Of a stretch of DNA of 64,000 bases, positions 10,104 through 20,338 are shown piece after piece. The first letter of the stretch is position 1; each line of letters begins with the position of its first letter. The notes beneath the pieces were generated by a model. That model was not told the origin of the DNA. It ran no database searches and saw only the letters and a program-made list of their open reading frames with translations. The position numbers and the translations under genes are program-made. Origin of the DNA: a bacterium (GTDB lineage: Bacteria > Bacillota_I > Bacilli_A > RFN20 > CAG-826); assembly GCA_963622135.1 (NCBI GenBank), contig CAVFGR010000015.1, forward strand, positions 1,064-65,063. The letters run 5' to 3'.

Positions 10104-10844
10104 ATGAAACACACTTTTAAACATTATCCGAAACAATTTTATCTGGGCATCTGTCATCGCGGACTTCACGATGAGACATGTTCGGAAAACGGCATGAAGG
10201 CCTTTGAAAACGCCATCAACAACAATATGGCCTTCGAATTGGACATCCATTTATCGAAAGATGGCGTCTTGTTCGTTTCTCATGATGCCGAGCTCGAAAG
10301 GATGACCGGTAAAAAGGGAATCATTGAAGAATTGGATTCAAAGACCATCAAATCGGAGTACCGTCTTCATGACGGTGGGGAGATACCAACCCTCCAAGAA
10401 GTATTGGATTTAAACAAAGAAAAGGTCCTTATTGTCGTCGAAGTAAAAGTTTATAACGACAATTACAAGGCGGTCGCTAAAGCCACAAAAGAGATTCTTA
10501 AACAAATTAAAGATAAGAGCAAAATCGCTATCATTTCTTTCGATCCAAGAGCCTTAATTCGTGTAGGAAGTCGCTTCGAACGTCAATTATTGCTTTTAAA
10601 GGAAAAAGAATGGGTCCGACATTTCGTGCCATTCTTCGAATCCATCGATATCGAATATACGATGGCCAAAGAAGACTGGGTGAAGCGTTATAGAAAGCGT
10701 GGCGGAATCGTCAATTGCTGGACAATCGAAACAAAAGAGCAAGTCGAAGAATATTCTCAATATGTAGACGCGATGACGTTCCAACATGTCGACAAGGATA
10801 TCGTCATCAAAGATCGTGAGAGCTATCTAAAAAAGAGATTGTGA
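10104..10844 (+). CDS. glycerophosphodiester phosphodiesterase (start at MKHTF; longest ORF begins 10035 but would overlap the rpsP promoter)
   Basis: GDPD motifs HRG..HDE..ELDIH..HD. Confidence 0.7.
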   Translation: MKHTFKHYPKQFYLGICHRGLHDETCSENGMKAFENAINNNMAFELDIHLSKDGVLFVSHDAELERMTGKKGIIEELDSKTIKSEYRLHDGGEIPTLQEVLDLNKEKVLIVVEVKVYNDNYKAVAKATKEILKQIKDKSKIAIISFDPRALIRVGSRFERQLLLLKEKEWVRHFVPFFESIDIEYTMAKEDWVKRYRKRGGIVNCWTIETKEQVEEYSQYVDAMTFQHVDKDIVIKDRESYLKKRL

Positions 10845-10977
10845 AGTCTTATCTTCTTGCCAACGCGCTTCCGCGAGCGTAATATACTCACTGCGTCCAT
10901 TAGGACGATGCGTGGGGTCCGCCAGCATAGACTGTGAACCTACTAAGAAAACGATTCGTTAAAGGAGGTAACATATC

Positions 10978-11331
10978 ATGAATACCAATATCGTGAATGA
11001 GATTACCGCCCGTCAGATTCGCACCGACATTCCTTCCTTCAAAGGCGGCGACACCGTTAAGGTCTACGTCCGTATCGTTGAAGGCAAAAAGGAACGTATC
11101 CAGGCCTTCGAAGGCGTTGTCATCAAACGCCGCGGCGAAGGCGTCAGCGAGACCTTCACCGTCCGTAAGATGTCCGCTGGCATCGGTGTCGAAAGAACTT
11201 TCCCAGTCAACTCCCCAGCCATCGCCAAAATCGATGTCTTGAAGTCTGGTAAAGTCCGCCGCGCCCGCATCTACTATATGCGTGGCTTATCTGGCAAGGC
11301 TGCTCGTATCAAAGAAGTCGAGAGCAAGTAA
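10978..11331 (+). CDS. rplS: 50S ribosomal protein L19
   Basis: 117 aa L19. AAAGGAGGT RBS. Confidence 0.92.
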   Translation: MNTNIVNEITARQIRTDIPSFKGGDTVKVYVRIVEGKKERIQAFEGVVIKRRGEGVSETFTVRKMSAGIGVERTFPVNSPAIAKIDVLKSGKVRRARIYYMRGLSGKAARIKEVESK

Positions 11332-11345
11332 TCAGAAAAGAAATC

Positions 11346-11373
11346 AGGCTCGCCTATGGCGGGCCTTTTCTTT
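11346..11373 (+). terminator. rho-independent terminator after rplS
   Basis: AGGCTCGCC-tat-GGCGGGCCT hairpin followed by a T-rich tail. Confidence 0.55.
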
Positions 11374-11405
11374 ACCTAGCAAAAACTAAAAGATAGAATA
11401 TCCCT

Positions 11406-12275
11406 ATGAATCAGCAACAGCAGAAAAACGTTCATTATTTCCCTGGGCATATGAAAAAGGCCCTCATCTCTTTGGAGAAGTTTATTTCTGCTATCGATTT
11501 GGTCGTCGAGGTGGTGGATGCCCGCATCCCTCTTTCTTCGAGAAATCCTTTGCTTGATAAGCTAATCGGCAACAAAGCCCGCATCGTTTTTATGTCCAAA
11601 GAAGATTTGGCGGATGAAAACATCACCAAAGAATGGCTTAACTATTTCAAAGAGAAAGGCGTGATGGCTTCTTCTTCTGATTTAAAGAACGAGAAAGCGA
11701 TGCGTTTGATTGAAGAAGCCAGCAAGCCATACATTGAAAAGAAAAGATCCAAAGAGGCCAAAATCGGCATGAAACCACAGCCGTGTAGGCTCCTTATTGT
11801 CGGTGTTCCAAATGTCGGAAAATCCACCCTTATCAACAACTTGGCAGGCAAAAAAGTCGCCAAAGCAGGCAATAAGCCAGGCGTCACTCGTGCGGAGCAA
11901 TGGATAAAATTGCCATCATCTTTCATTCTTTTGGATTCCCCTGGTATTTTGCCGATGCGCTACGAAGATAAAATGGCGGCCGTCAACCTGGCTTTGACCG
12001 GTTCCATCAAAGAAGAAGTCCTCCCCATCGATGAGTTAGCTAACTTCCTATTGGATATCGTTAAGACCCGCTACCTCGAGGCCTTGAATGAACGTTACTC
12101 GATCGAAGCTTTTAGCGACACCCCTAATGACGAAATCTTTTCGGCTATCGCTCTGAAGCGTGGCTATCTTTTAAAGGGCGGTTCGCCTGATATTGAAAAA
12201 GCCAACTCCCTCCTTATCAAAGAATTCCAAGCCGGCTATCTTGGCAGGATTTCTTTAGAGGCACCGAATGCTTAA
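11406..12275 (+). CDS. rbgA: ribosome biogenesis GTPase A (YlqF/RbgA)
   Basis: Circularly permuted GTPase with VGVPNVGKST. Lies upstream of rnhB as in Bacillus. Confidence 0.85.
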   Translation: MNQQQQKNVHYFPGHMKKALISLEKFISAIDLVVEVVDARIPLSSRNPLLDKLIGNKARIVFMSKEDLADENITKEWLNYFKEKGVMASSSDLKNEKAMRLIEEASKPYIEKKRSKEAKIGMKPQPCRLLIVGVPNVGKSTLINNLAGKKVAKAGNKPGVTRAEQWIKLPSSFILLDSPGILPMRYEDKMAAVNLALTGSIKEEVLPIDELANFLLDIVKTRYLEALNERYSIEAFSDTPNDEIFSAIALKRGYLLKGGSPDIEKANSLLIKEFQAGYLGRISLEAPNA

Positions 12276-12885
12276 CAAAGAAACTGAATTCTATTCCAAA
12301 ACGGTGAGATTGATTGCGGGCGTTGATGAGGCTGGGCGCGGTCCTTTGGCGGGCCCGGTGGTTGCTGCGGCAGTCGTTTTCCCGCCGTCGTATCAAAACG
12401 AAGATATCAACGATTCTAAGCAGCTGACTGCCAAAAAGAGAGACGAGTTGTTCGAAGAAATCAAAAAGAATGCAATCGCCTATGGCATCGCTTCCGTCTC
12501 GGCGGAAAGAATCGATGAGATAAATATCTATGAAGCCACCAAAGAGGCTATGAGGGATGCTATCAAGCAGTTAAAGGGCCAATATGACCTAATAATCACC
12601 GATGCGATGAAACTCTCTTTGGATAAGCCGGTAATTGCCTTAATCAAAGGGGATGCCCAATGTTTGAATGTGGCAGCGGCCTCAATTTTGGCTAAGGTTA
12701 CCCGTGATAGATATATGGAAGATCTTGATAAGAAATATCCGGAATATAAATTCGCAAAACACAAAGGCTATGGGACAAAAGATCATCTCGAAGCCCTGAA
12801 AGAACATGGCCCAATCGAAGGCGTTCATCGGAAATCATTTAGGCCAGTCAAAGAGTTTTATATCGAGCAATTGAAATTATTTTAG
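12268..12885 (+). CDS. rnhB: ribonuclease HII
   Basis: N-terminal GVDEAGRGPLAGPVV motif. Confidence 0.9.
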   Translation: MLNKETEFYSKTVRLIAGVDEAGRGPLAGPVVAAAVVFPPSYQNEDINDSKQLTAKKRDELFEEIKKNAIAYGIASVSAERIDEINIYEATKEAMRDAIKQLKGQYDLIITDAMKLSLDKPVIALIKGDAQCLNVAAASILAKVTRDRYMEDLDKKYPEYKFAKHKGYGTKDHLEALKEHGPIEGVHRKSFRPVKEFYIEQLKLF

Positions 12886-12929
12886 GAAATTACCTCCGCT
12901 AACCGCTATTAGGAAGTGGAGGTATTTTT

Positions 12930-13715
12930 ATGACCGGAAGAGAAATGCTGATCGCCTCATCCATCAAAGTCAATGGCGATTGGGACTCATTGCTGAGAAT
13001 GATAAAAAACAAAGAAACGCTTGAAGAGAATGAAGCGAAAACCCTTCTAGCGAGCCTTAAATGCAAGGCCGTCACCTTGATTGATGAGGATTATCCAGAA
13101 TCTTTAAAGAGGTGCCCAAAGCCACCTATCGTCCTCTTTTATTATGGGGATTTGTCCTTAGCGAGCGACCATAGCCGAAACGTCGCTTACATCGGGAGCC
13201 GAGACGCGACCGATTATGGAATAGAAATGGCTAGATACTTCTCCGACGCCTTGGTGGAGCGCGGAGCCGTAGTCGTTTCCGGCATGGCTCGCGGCATTGA
13301 CGCGGCGGCCCATGAAGAAGTCTTGAAACAAAGAGGAAAGACAATCGCCGTTCTTGGCTCTGGCATCGATAGGCCGTTCCCTGCCTCATCTGCCAATCTA
13401 TATAAAAGGATTAAAACAGATGGGTTGATTCTATCGGAATATCCGAATGATACGGCTCCGGATCAGAAACAATTCCCATTCCGAAACAGAATCATCGCCG
13501 CCTTGTCGAATTTGGTCATTGTCGGGGAAGCAAGCAAAAGGAGTGGAACGCTTATTACAGTGGGATATGCTTTGACTTGCGGATCGGAGGTGGCCTGCGT
13601 CCCGACGAGGGCTGGACAACAGGCAACGACCAACAATCTGATCAAGGAAGGCGCCCATCTTTTGGACTGTGCTACCGACTTGGACGTATTCCTCAAAAGC
13701 GACCCCAAAAAATAA
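12930..13715 (+). CDS. dprA: DNA processing protein DprA/Smf
   Basis: Rossmann-like DprA domain GSRDATDYG...VVSGMARGID. Confidence 0.8.
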   Translation: MTGREMLIASSIKVNGDWDSLLRMIKNKETLEENEAKTLLASLKCKAVTLIDEDYPESLKRCPKPPIVLFYYGDLSLASDHSRNVAYIGSRDATDYGIEMARYFSDALVERGAVVVSGMARGIDAAAHEEVLKQRGKTIAVLGSGIDRPFPASSANLYKRIKTDGLILSEYPNDTAPDQKQFPFRNRIIAALSNLVIVGEASKRSGTLITVGYALTCGSEVACVPTRAGQQATTNNLIKEGAHLLDCATDLDVFLKSDPKK

Positions 13716-13832
13716 GAAAATTTTCTATAAATAATCCTTTATTTATATATAGGTATAAGAGCGTTGGGTCGCTTGACAGCCTTTTAAAATGCTCGTATGG
13801 TTGCTAACGGAAAAAGCAAGAGACACCTTTTT

Positions 13833-15956
13833 ATGAAGCTCATCATCGTCGAATCCCCGAAGAAATGTGACACTATCGCCCACTACCTTGGTGCCGACTA
13901 TAAAGTCATGGCCTCCCAAGGTCATATCCGCGATTTAAGCACTAAAGGGAAAGGCGGTTTGGGCATCGATATCGAGCATGATTTCATGCCTAATTTCGTC
14001 ATTTCAGACGGTCGTGAACACATCGTCAACGAATTGAAGGCCGCTGCTAAAAACGCCGATGAAGTCATTCTTGCAACCGACCCTGATCGCGAAGGGGAGG
14101 CTATCTCTTGGCATCTTGCCAAGGTTTTGGGCCTTGATGTCAAAACCAATAAGAGGCTTCAATTCCACGAAATCACCAAACCTGCTATTTTGGAAGCTTT
14201 GAAAGATCCAAAAACCATCGATCTGAACTTAGTTGAATCCCAAGAGACGCGTCGTATGTACGATCGCATCATCGGTTTCAAGCTGTCCTCTTTGCTCAAG
14301 AATCGCATTGGTTCGACATCGGCCGGCCGTGTTCAATCCGCTACCTTGAAAATGATTGTCGATAACGACGATGAAATAAAGGCTTTCGTCCCGGAAGAAT
14401 ATTGGGACATCACCATTGAATTGAAGGCTGGCAAGCGCAAGCTCACTTTATCTTTAGATAAGGTCGATGGCAAATCCGTCGATATTAAAAACGAGGCAGA
14501 CGCGGAGAAAATCCTTTCTCGCATCGGTGATGAATTGGTTTTGGTTAGTTTGGCCACTTCGAAAAAATCCATCCCTTCGAAGCCTGCTTTAACCACATCG
14601 ACGATGCAGCAAGAAGCTTACGCTCGCTATCGCTTCTCCACTTCCAAAACCCAATCTTTGGCTCAAAAACTATATGAAGGTCTGACTGTTAACGGGGAAC
14701 ATGCTGGTTTAATTACCTACATGCGTACTGATTCCACCCGCTTATCACCTGTTTTCTTCAATGGACAAGCCAAGCCATATATCGAAGAGCATTTCGGAAA
14801 AGAATATGTTGGGCACATCAAAGAAGGCAAAAAGCAAGCCAACGCCCAAGATGCCCACGAGGCCATTCGTCCAACATCGGTCGAACGCACTCCAAAAATG
14901 GTTGCCGCCTCCCCGAATGTAACTTCTGACGAAGCAAAACTTTATCGTTTGATTTATGAACGCACCTTGGCCAGCTGCATGACGGATCACGTCCAAGACG
15001 TGACTACCGCCATATTCGAAACCAACGGGCTCACATTTAAGATTTCTGGCTCTAAAACCGTCTTCCCTGGCTATTGGGCATTGCTCAAGGATGAAGATGA
15101 AAGCAAGGAACTCCCTGAGTTGGAACAAGGCAAGCAATATTCCTTATTAAGTAAAGAAAAAGAGCAAAAATTCACCAAAGCACCTGCTCGTTTTACCGAG
15201 GCTAAAATCGTCAAACTAATGGAAGAAAAAGGCATTGGTCGACCATCGACCTACGCCACCACTCTTCGCACTCTCCAACAACGTGGATATATCACTTCGA
15301 AAGGCGGCGTTGTCACTCCGACGGAATCTGGCAGCAAGACCACTTTCGTCTTGAATAAGTATTTCCCAGAAATCGTTTCGGTCAAATATACCGCCGATAT
15401 GGAACGGACATTGGACGAAATATCTGAAGGGGAAATGAAATATTCGAAAGCCATGAAGGATTTCTATGATCCATTCATGAAAAAATTCGAAGAAGTCTCG
15501 AAGAAGATGTATAAGGATCCCGACCAAGAAACGGGTGAATTATGTCCGGTCTGTGGCTCTCCTTTGGTCATCAAAAAGGGCCGTTATGGACAATTTGTCG
15601 CGTGTGGCAATTATCCGACTTGTTCTTATGTTGAGAAGAAGCCAAAGGCCGAAGTTATATACGTTGGCCGTGACTGCCCGGTTTGCGGGAAGCCTCTCGT
15701 CGAGAGGAAGGATAAAAAAGGCAAGACCTTCGTCGCCTGCTCGGGATACCCAAGTTGCACCTACATCGAAAATGCCCAAGAACAAAAGAAAGCTACGGCC
15801 TACACCGAAGCTGACTACATCAAGGATTGCCCAAGTTGTAAAACGGGGCATATCGTCCTCAAGCACGGCAAGAAGGTAGATTTCTACGCTTGCACCAATT
15901 ATCCTAAATGCAAGTATCACGAATGGTTGACGACCAAAAAGAAAAAGACAAAATGA
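13833..15956 (+). CDS. topA: DNA topoisomerase I (start at MKLIIVESP; longest ORF begins 13797)
   Basis: TOPRIM domain, active-site Tyr region, four C-terminal CxxC zinc ribbons. TTGACA-17-TATGGT promoter at 13773-13801. Confidence 0.9.
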   Translation: MKLIIVESPKKCDTIAHYLGADYKVMASQGHIRDLSTKGKGGLGIDIEHDFMPNFVISDGREHIVNELKAAAKNADEVILATDPDREGEAISWHLAKVLGLDVKTNKRLQFHEITKPAILEALKDPKTIDLNLVESQETRRMYDRIIGFKLSSLLKNRIGSTSAGRVQSATLKMIVDNDDEIKAFVPEEYWDITIELKAGKRKLTLSLDKVDGKSVDIKNEADAEKILSRIGDELVLVSLATSKKSIPSKPALTTSTMQQEAYARYRFSTSKTQSLAQKLYEGLTVNGEHAGLITYMRTDSTRLSPVFFNGQAKPYIEEHFGKEYVGHIKEGKKQANAQDAHEAIRPTSVERTPKMVAASPNVTSDEAKLYRLIYERTLASCMTDHVQDVTTAIFETNGLTFKISGSKTVFPGYWALLKDEDESKELPELEQGKQYSLLSKEKEQKFTKAPARFTEAKIVKLMEEKGIGRPSTYATTLRTLQQRGYITSKGGVVTPTESGSKTTFVLNKYFPEIVSVKYTADMERTLDEISEGEMKYSKAMKDFYDPFMKKFEEVSKKMYKDPDQETGELCPVCGSPLVIKKGRYGQFVACGNYPTCSYVEKKPKAEVIYVGRDCPVCGKPLVERKDKKGKTFVACSGYPSCTYIENAQEQKKATAYTEADYIKDCPSCKTGHIVLKHGKKVDFYACTNYPKCKYHEWLTTKKKKTK

Positions 15957-17239
15957 AGAAAAAAGCGGTAAAGATCATCGGAGGCGGTTTGGCCGGATGT
16001 GAGGCCGCTTATTTCTTATGCAAAAAGGGCGTTGAGGTCACCATGTATGAACGCCGCCCCATCTATGATGACAAAGCTCATGAAACCGAGCTATTAGGTG
16101 AGTTGGTTTGCTCCAACTCTCTTAAATCATTTCAACTTTCCAATGCTTGCGGGCTTTTGAAGGAAGAAATGCGAAAAATGGGCTCCATTATGATGGAAGC
16201 CTCCGATGTTTCATCTATCCCTGGTGGAAACGCCTTAACCGTAGATCGCACATTGTTCGCAGAGGCGATGACGAACATCTTGCTTAAGTTTCCAAACTTC
16301 CATTTAATCCGCGAAGAAGTAACTGATTTTGACGACGAAATAACCATTTTGGCCACTGGTCCTTTGACCGATGGAGCTTTATATGAGAAATTAGGCGAAA
16401 TTTGTCAAAGCAAGCATCTCTCTTTCTTTGATGCGTCAGCCCCAATATTGGCGAAATCTTCTTTTGATTTCAGCAAGGTTTACGCCAAATCTCGCTTCTC
16501 GCAAGACGATGACGCCTATCTCAATTGCCCATTCACCAAAGAAGAATACCTTCGTTTCGTTGATGAACTTCTTAAAGCCGAGAGGGCCCATATCCATTCC
16601 ATTGACACGGAATATTTCGAAGGCTGCTTGCCCATCGAAATCATGGCATCCAGAGGAGCCGAAACTCTTAGACATGGCATGTTGAAGCCTTTTGGTTTAG
16701 GTACCGATGAGCACCCAAAACCATATGCCGTCGCTCAGTTAAGACAGGATACCAAATTAGGCGATTATTATAATCTTGTCGGTTTTCAAACGAACTTGAC
16801 CTATCCTGAGCAAAAACGTGTTTTCCGCCTTATCCCAGGCTTGGAAAACGCCGAGTTCATCCGTTATGGGTTAATGCATAGAAACTCTTATCTCGATGCC
16901 CCTCGCTGTCTCAACGAAGACCTATCTTTGAAGAATAAAAGCAATGTCTTTGTTGCTGGCCAATTATCGGGGGTGGAGGGCTATGTTGAATCGGCGGCAA
17001 CCGGCATCATCGCCGCGGTGGAAGCCCTTCGCAGAATCGAAGGAAAAGAGCATATCTCCGTTCCGAAAGAAACGGTCATAGGCGCCCTGCTCGATTACGT
17101 CACCCACGCAACCTCAAATTTTGCTCCGATGAATGCGAATTGGGCCTTGTTCCCCGGAAGTGATAAAAAACATCGTGAAATAACAATCGAAAAAGCTTTG
17201 AATGCGATAGAATCGTATTGGAGCCGAATCGATGAATAA
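15953..17239 (+). CDS. trmFO: methylenetetrahydrofolate-tRNA-(uracil54-C5)-methyltransferase TrmFO (Gid)
   Basis: MKKKAVKIIGGGLAGCEAA FAD-binding fold. ATGA overlap with the topA stop. Confidence 0.9.
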   Translation: MKKKAVKIIGGGLAGCEAAYFLCKKGVEVTMYERRPIYDDKAHETELLGELVCSNSLKSFQLSNACGLLKEEMRKMGSIMMEASDVSSIPGGNALTVDRTLFAEAMTNILLKFPNFHLIREEVTDFDDEITILATGPLTDGALYEKLGEICQSKHLSFFDASAPILAKSSFDFSKVYAKSRFSQDDDAYLNCPFTKEEYLRFVDELLKAERAHIHSIDTEYFEGCLPIEIMASRGAETLRHGMLKPFGLGTDEHPKPYAVAQLRQDTKLGDYYNLVGFQTNLTYPEQKRVFRLIPGLENAEFIRYGLMHRNSYLDAPRCLNEDLSLKNKSNVFVAGQLSGVEGYVESAATGIIAAVEALRRIEGKEHISVPKETVIGALLDYVTHATSNFAPMNANWALFPGSDKKHREITIEKALNAIESYWSRIDE

Positions 17240-18149
17240 ACCTGAAAAAGAATTTTTGGATCACCTCTCCAAACAACTCAATTATTCCGACAAGACGATC
17301 GACGCCTATCGTCGCGATATTGATGTTTTCTTTTCTTTCATCAACGAAAAAGAAATACTTTTCGACCAAGTTACCAAACAAGATATCAGGGATTTTTTGA
17401 GCTACGAGCTCGATAGAGGAGTCTCTAAAAGGACCCTGCAACGCAGAATGTCGGCCCTCAGAGGGTTTTACACTTTCCTTACCGAAAACAAATATTCGGA
17501 GACTAACCCATTCGTGATGATCACCTCACCAAAGAATCCCGTTCGTTATCCGAGCGCCCTTTCTCTTGAACAAATCGATACCCTCATGAAGAAAAATAAT
17601 GAGAGAACCGACGAGTTAAAGGCCCGCGACCAATCTATTTTGGAACTTATGTACGCCTCTGGAATGCGCGCTTCCGAAGTGGTCGGTTTCACGCCTCAAC
17701 AGATAGATTATTCCAATCGCATCATCCGCATTTACGGGAAAGGCAAAAAAGAACGCTTGGTTCCATTTTCAAAATCTGCATCGCTTGTGATGAAAACATA
17801 CCAAAAGGAACTCCGCCCAATTCTTTTATCTCGTCATATGAGTTCTAAATCTCCGGTTACCTTTTTCCTATCTGCGAAAGGCGATCCTCTCACCACGAGG
17901 GGCTTGGAATACATTCTCAAAGAAATTGAGAGGAAGACGGGCTGCTATTATGGACTGCATCCACATGAGTTCAGACATACATTCGCTACCCATTTGTTAG
18001 AGGGCGGAGCGGATTTGAGAATGATTCAGGAATTGCTTGGCCATGAAAGCCTGAACACCACCCAGGTTTATACCCATGTGACGAAGGAAAACATGAAAAA
18101 TCAATACGATTCATTCTTCCCTCGAGCCAAGAAAAAGGACGAAAACTAA
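17232..18149 (+). CDS. xerC: tyrosine recombinase XerC (CodV-like)
   Basis: R..H..R..Y catalytic tetrad (HEFRHTF...LGHESLNTTQVYTH). Conserved topA-trmFO-xerC order. Confidence 0.8.
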   Translation: MNKPEKEFLDHLSKQLNYSDKTIDAYRRDIDVFFSFINEKEILFDQVTKQDIRDFLSYELDRGVSKRTLQRRMSALRGFYTFLTENKYSETNPFVMITSPKNPVRYPSALSLEQIDTLMKKNNERTDELKARDQSILELMYASGMRASEVVGFTPQQIDYSNRIIRIYGKGKKERLVPFSKSASLVMKTYQKELRPILLSRHMSSKSPVTFFLSAKGDPLTTRGLEYILKEIERKTGCYYGLHPHEFRHTFATHLLEGGADLRMIQELLGHESLNTTQVYTHVTKENMKNQYDSFFPRAKKKDEN

Positions 18150-18335
18150 ACAAAATCAGAGTTTCCGTTAAGGAAGTTCTTTTTTCTTCCTCGCATACGT
18201 GATAGTATACGTCTCGGCTCTTTAAAAGAGCTTATGCACACTCCGGGAATTCACCGCCGTGTTCCCATTCGGGCGAAGCAGCTTAAAAAGCGAATGGGTG
18301 GTCAGGTGTTCGAACTGGAGGAGGTCTAAAAACAA

Positions 18336-19391
18336 ATGGAGGTCACCAAAATGAGTGACGAATTAAACAAGGTTGAAGTTGAGGCCGAAGTCGCCGAACC
18401 AACCATGGACGAGATCGTTCACGATCCAAACGCCCCGATCATCACGATCAAAAAACTTTTGAATGCCGGTGTCCACTTCGGCCATCAAACCCGCCGTTGG
18501 AACCCAAAGATGGGCCGCTACATCTATGGCGCCCGTAATGGCATCTATCTCATCGATCTTTCCAAGAGCGCTGAGCAAACCAAAGCCGCTTATGCCGCTT
18601 TGAAGACCATCGTCGAAAACGGCGGAAAGGTCCTCATCGTCGGTACCAAGAATCAGGCCCAACAAATCGTTATTGAAGAAGCCACCCGTTCCGGCAGCTT
18701 CTACATCTCTCACCGTTGGCTTGGCGGAACCCTTACCAACTTCCGCACCATCCTCGGCCGCACCCGCCGCTTGAAGGATTTGCAAGCCATGGAAGAATCT
18801 GGCGCTTTCGAAAAACTTCCTAAGAAGGAAGTCGCCTTACTCCGCAAGGAATTAGACAAATTGTCCAAGAACCTCGAAGGTATTAAGGAAATGCGTCGTT
18901 TGCCACAAGCTTTGATCGTCGTCGATCCAACCGTTGAGCACAACGCCGTCAAAGAAGCCACTGCCCTTAAGATCCCAGTATTCGCTATCTGCGACACCAA
19001 CGATGACCCAGACTTGGTCACCTTCCCAATCCCATCCAACAATGACGCCACCAGCGCCATCAAACTTCTCGTTGGCGTCTTAACCGATGCTATCGTCGAA
19101 GCCAAGGGTGGAATCACCGAAATCGCTTATGTCCCAGACGAAGGCGAAGAGGCCACCATGAAGGATGCCGTCAAGAACGCCGATATGATCAACGAACAGC
19201 GCCGTGCCGCTATCCGCAAAGCCCGCAAAGAACGTGAAGAACGCTATGCTAAGATGCAGGCTGAGCGCCAGGCTCGTTTCGCTGCTAGAAAAGCCGCCAA
19301 AGAAGGCAAGAACGCCGAAGGTTCCGAGGAAGCTCCTGCCGCTGAGGCTCCAGTCGCTGAAGAAGCCCCAAAGGCTGAGGAGGCCAAATAA
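18336..19391 (+). CDS. rpsB: 30S ribosomal protein S2 (extended; N-terminal acidic leader and C-terminal K/A/E-rich tail)
   Basis: LLNAGVHFGHQTRRWNPKM core. GGAGGAGG RBS. 351 aa versus about 250 aa for a typical S2. Confidence 0.85.
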   Translation: MEVTKMSDELNKVEVEAEVAEPTMDEIVHDPNAPIITIKKLLNAGVHFGHQTRRWNPKMGRYIYGARNGIYLIDLSKSAEQTKAAYAALKTIVENGGKVLIVGTKNQAQQIVIEEATRSGSFYISHRWLGGTLTNFRTILGRTRRLKDLQAMEESGAFEKLPKKEVALLRKELDKLSKNLEGIKEMRRLPQALIVVDPTVEHNAVKEATALKIPVFAICDTNDDPDLVTFPIPSNNDATSAIKLLVGVLTDAIVEAKGGITEIAYVPDEGEEATMKDAVKNADMINEQRRAAIRKARKEREERYAKMQAERQARFAARKAAKEGKNAEGSEEAPAAEAPVAEEAPKAEEAK

Positions 19392-20230
19392 TGGCTGAAG
19401 GAAATCAAATCCAATTAATCAAAGACATCCGTGAAAGAACCGGTGCTGGCATGATGGATTGCAAGCACGCTCTCGAAGAGTGTGGTTGGGACATCGAAAA
19501 AGCCATCGACCTTCTCCGTGAGAAGGGCATCGCCAAGCAGGCCAAGCGTGCCGGCAGAACCGCCAGCGAAGGCTTGACCACCATCAAGGTCTGCGACAAG
19601 TGCGGCTGTGCCGTCATCGTCGAAACCAACTGCGAAACAGACTTTGTTGCCGCTTCCGATAAGTTCATCGCTTTCTCCAATACCGTCGCCGAAAAGGTTC
19701 TCAAGAACAAACCGGCCACCATCGAAGAAGCCAAGGAACTCGTTGCCAGCGACTTGAACGATTGCGCTCTCGCTTGTGGCGAAAAACTCGACTTCCGTCG
19801 CTTTAACATCTTCAACAAAGAGGATGGACAAGCTTATGGCACTTATTCCCATATGGCTGGCAAGATCGGCGTTGTCGTCGTTCTTTCCAAGGATGATCCA
19901 GAAGTCTCCAAACCAATCGCCATGCACATCGCTGCCAACGCTCCTCTCTACATCGCTTTAGAGAACGTTCCGGCCGCCGATCGTGAAAGAGAGAAGAACA
20001 TCGCCCTCGCCGAGGTTCACGATGATCCGAAACTCGCCGGCAAGCCAGAACAGATGCTCGCTAACATCGTTGAGCGCAAAGTCGACAAGGTTTTGTCTCA
20101 GAGCTGCTTAGCTTTGCAACCGTTCTTGATGGACGATTCCAAGACCGTCGGCCAATTCCTCAAGGAAAAAGGCGTCGAGGTCATCTCCTTCGTTCGTTAT
20201 CAGGTTGGCGAAGGCATCGTCAAAGAATAA
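19391..20230 (+). CDS. tsf: elongation factor Ts
   Basis: UBA-like N-terminus LIKDIRERTGAGMMDCKHAL. Confidence 0.9.
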   Translation: MAEGNQIQLIKDIRERTGAGMMDCKHALEECGWDIEKAIDLLREKGIAKQAKRAGRTASEGLTTIKVCDKCGCAVIVETNCETDFVAASDKFIAFSNTVAEKVLKNKPATIEEAKELVASDLNDCALACGEKLDFRRFNIFNKEDGQAYGTYSHMAGKIGVVVVLSKDDPEVSKPIAMHIAANAPLYIALENVPAADREREKNIALAEVHDDPKLAGKPEQMLANIVERKVDKVLSQSCLALQPFLMDDSKTVGQFLKEKGVEVISFVRYQVGEGIVKE

Positions 20231-20244
20231 CGATTCATCGAATT

Positions 20245-20277
20245 AATCCTCACTTAAACGGTGAGGATTTTTTCTTT
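20245..20277 (+). terminator. rho-independent terminator after tsf
   Basis: AATCCTCAC-ttaaacg-GTGAGGATT hairpin followed by a T-run. Confidence 0.75.
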
Positions 20278-20338
20278 TGTCTCAAACTTTACAAAAAAAT
20301 GAGCCCTAGGGGCTCTTTCTTTGTATAATAGAAGCAAT

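Noticed and set aside
17232-18149. XerC as the integrase of a mobile element
   Set aside because: It sits in the conserved chromosomal topA-trmFO-xerC (codV) arrangement. No flanking direct repeats, phage genes or att-like duplications of the tRNA 3' ends were seen.
18363-19927. Long antisense ORFs across rpsB/tsf (18363-18785 -, 18710-19117 -, 19405-19927 -)
   Set aside because: They are opposite highly conserved ribosomal/EF-Ts genes. Their G/A/D-rich translations are artefacts of GC-skewed codon position 3, and there are no start signals.
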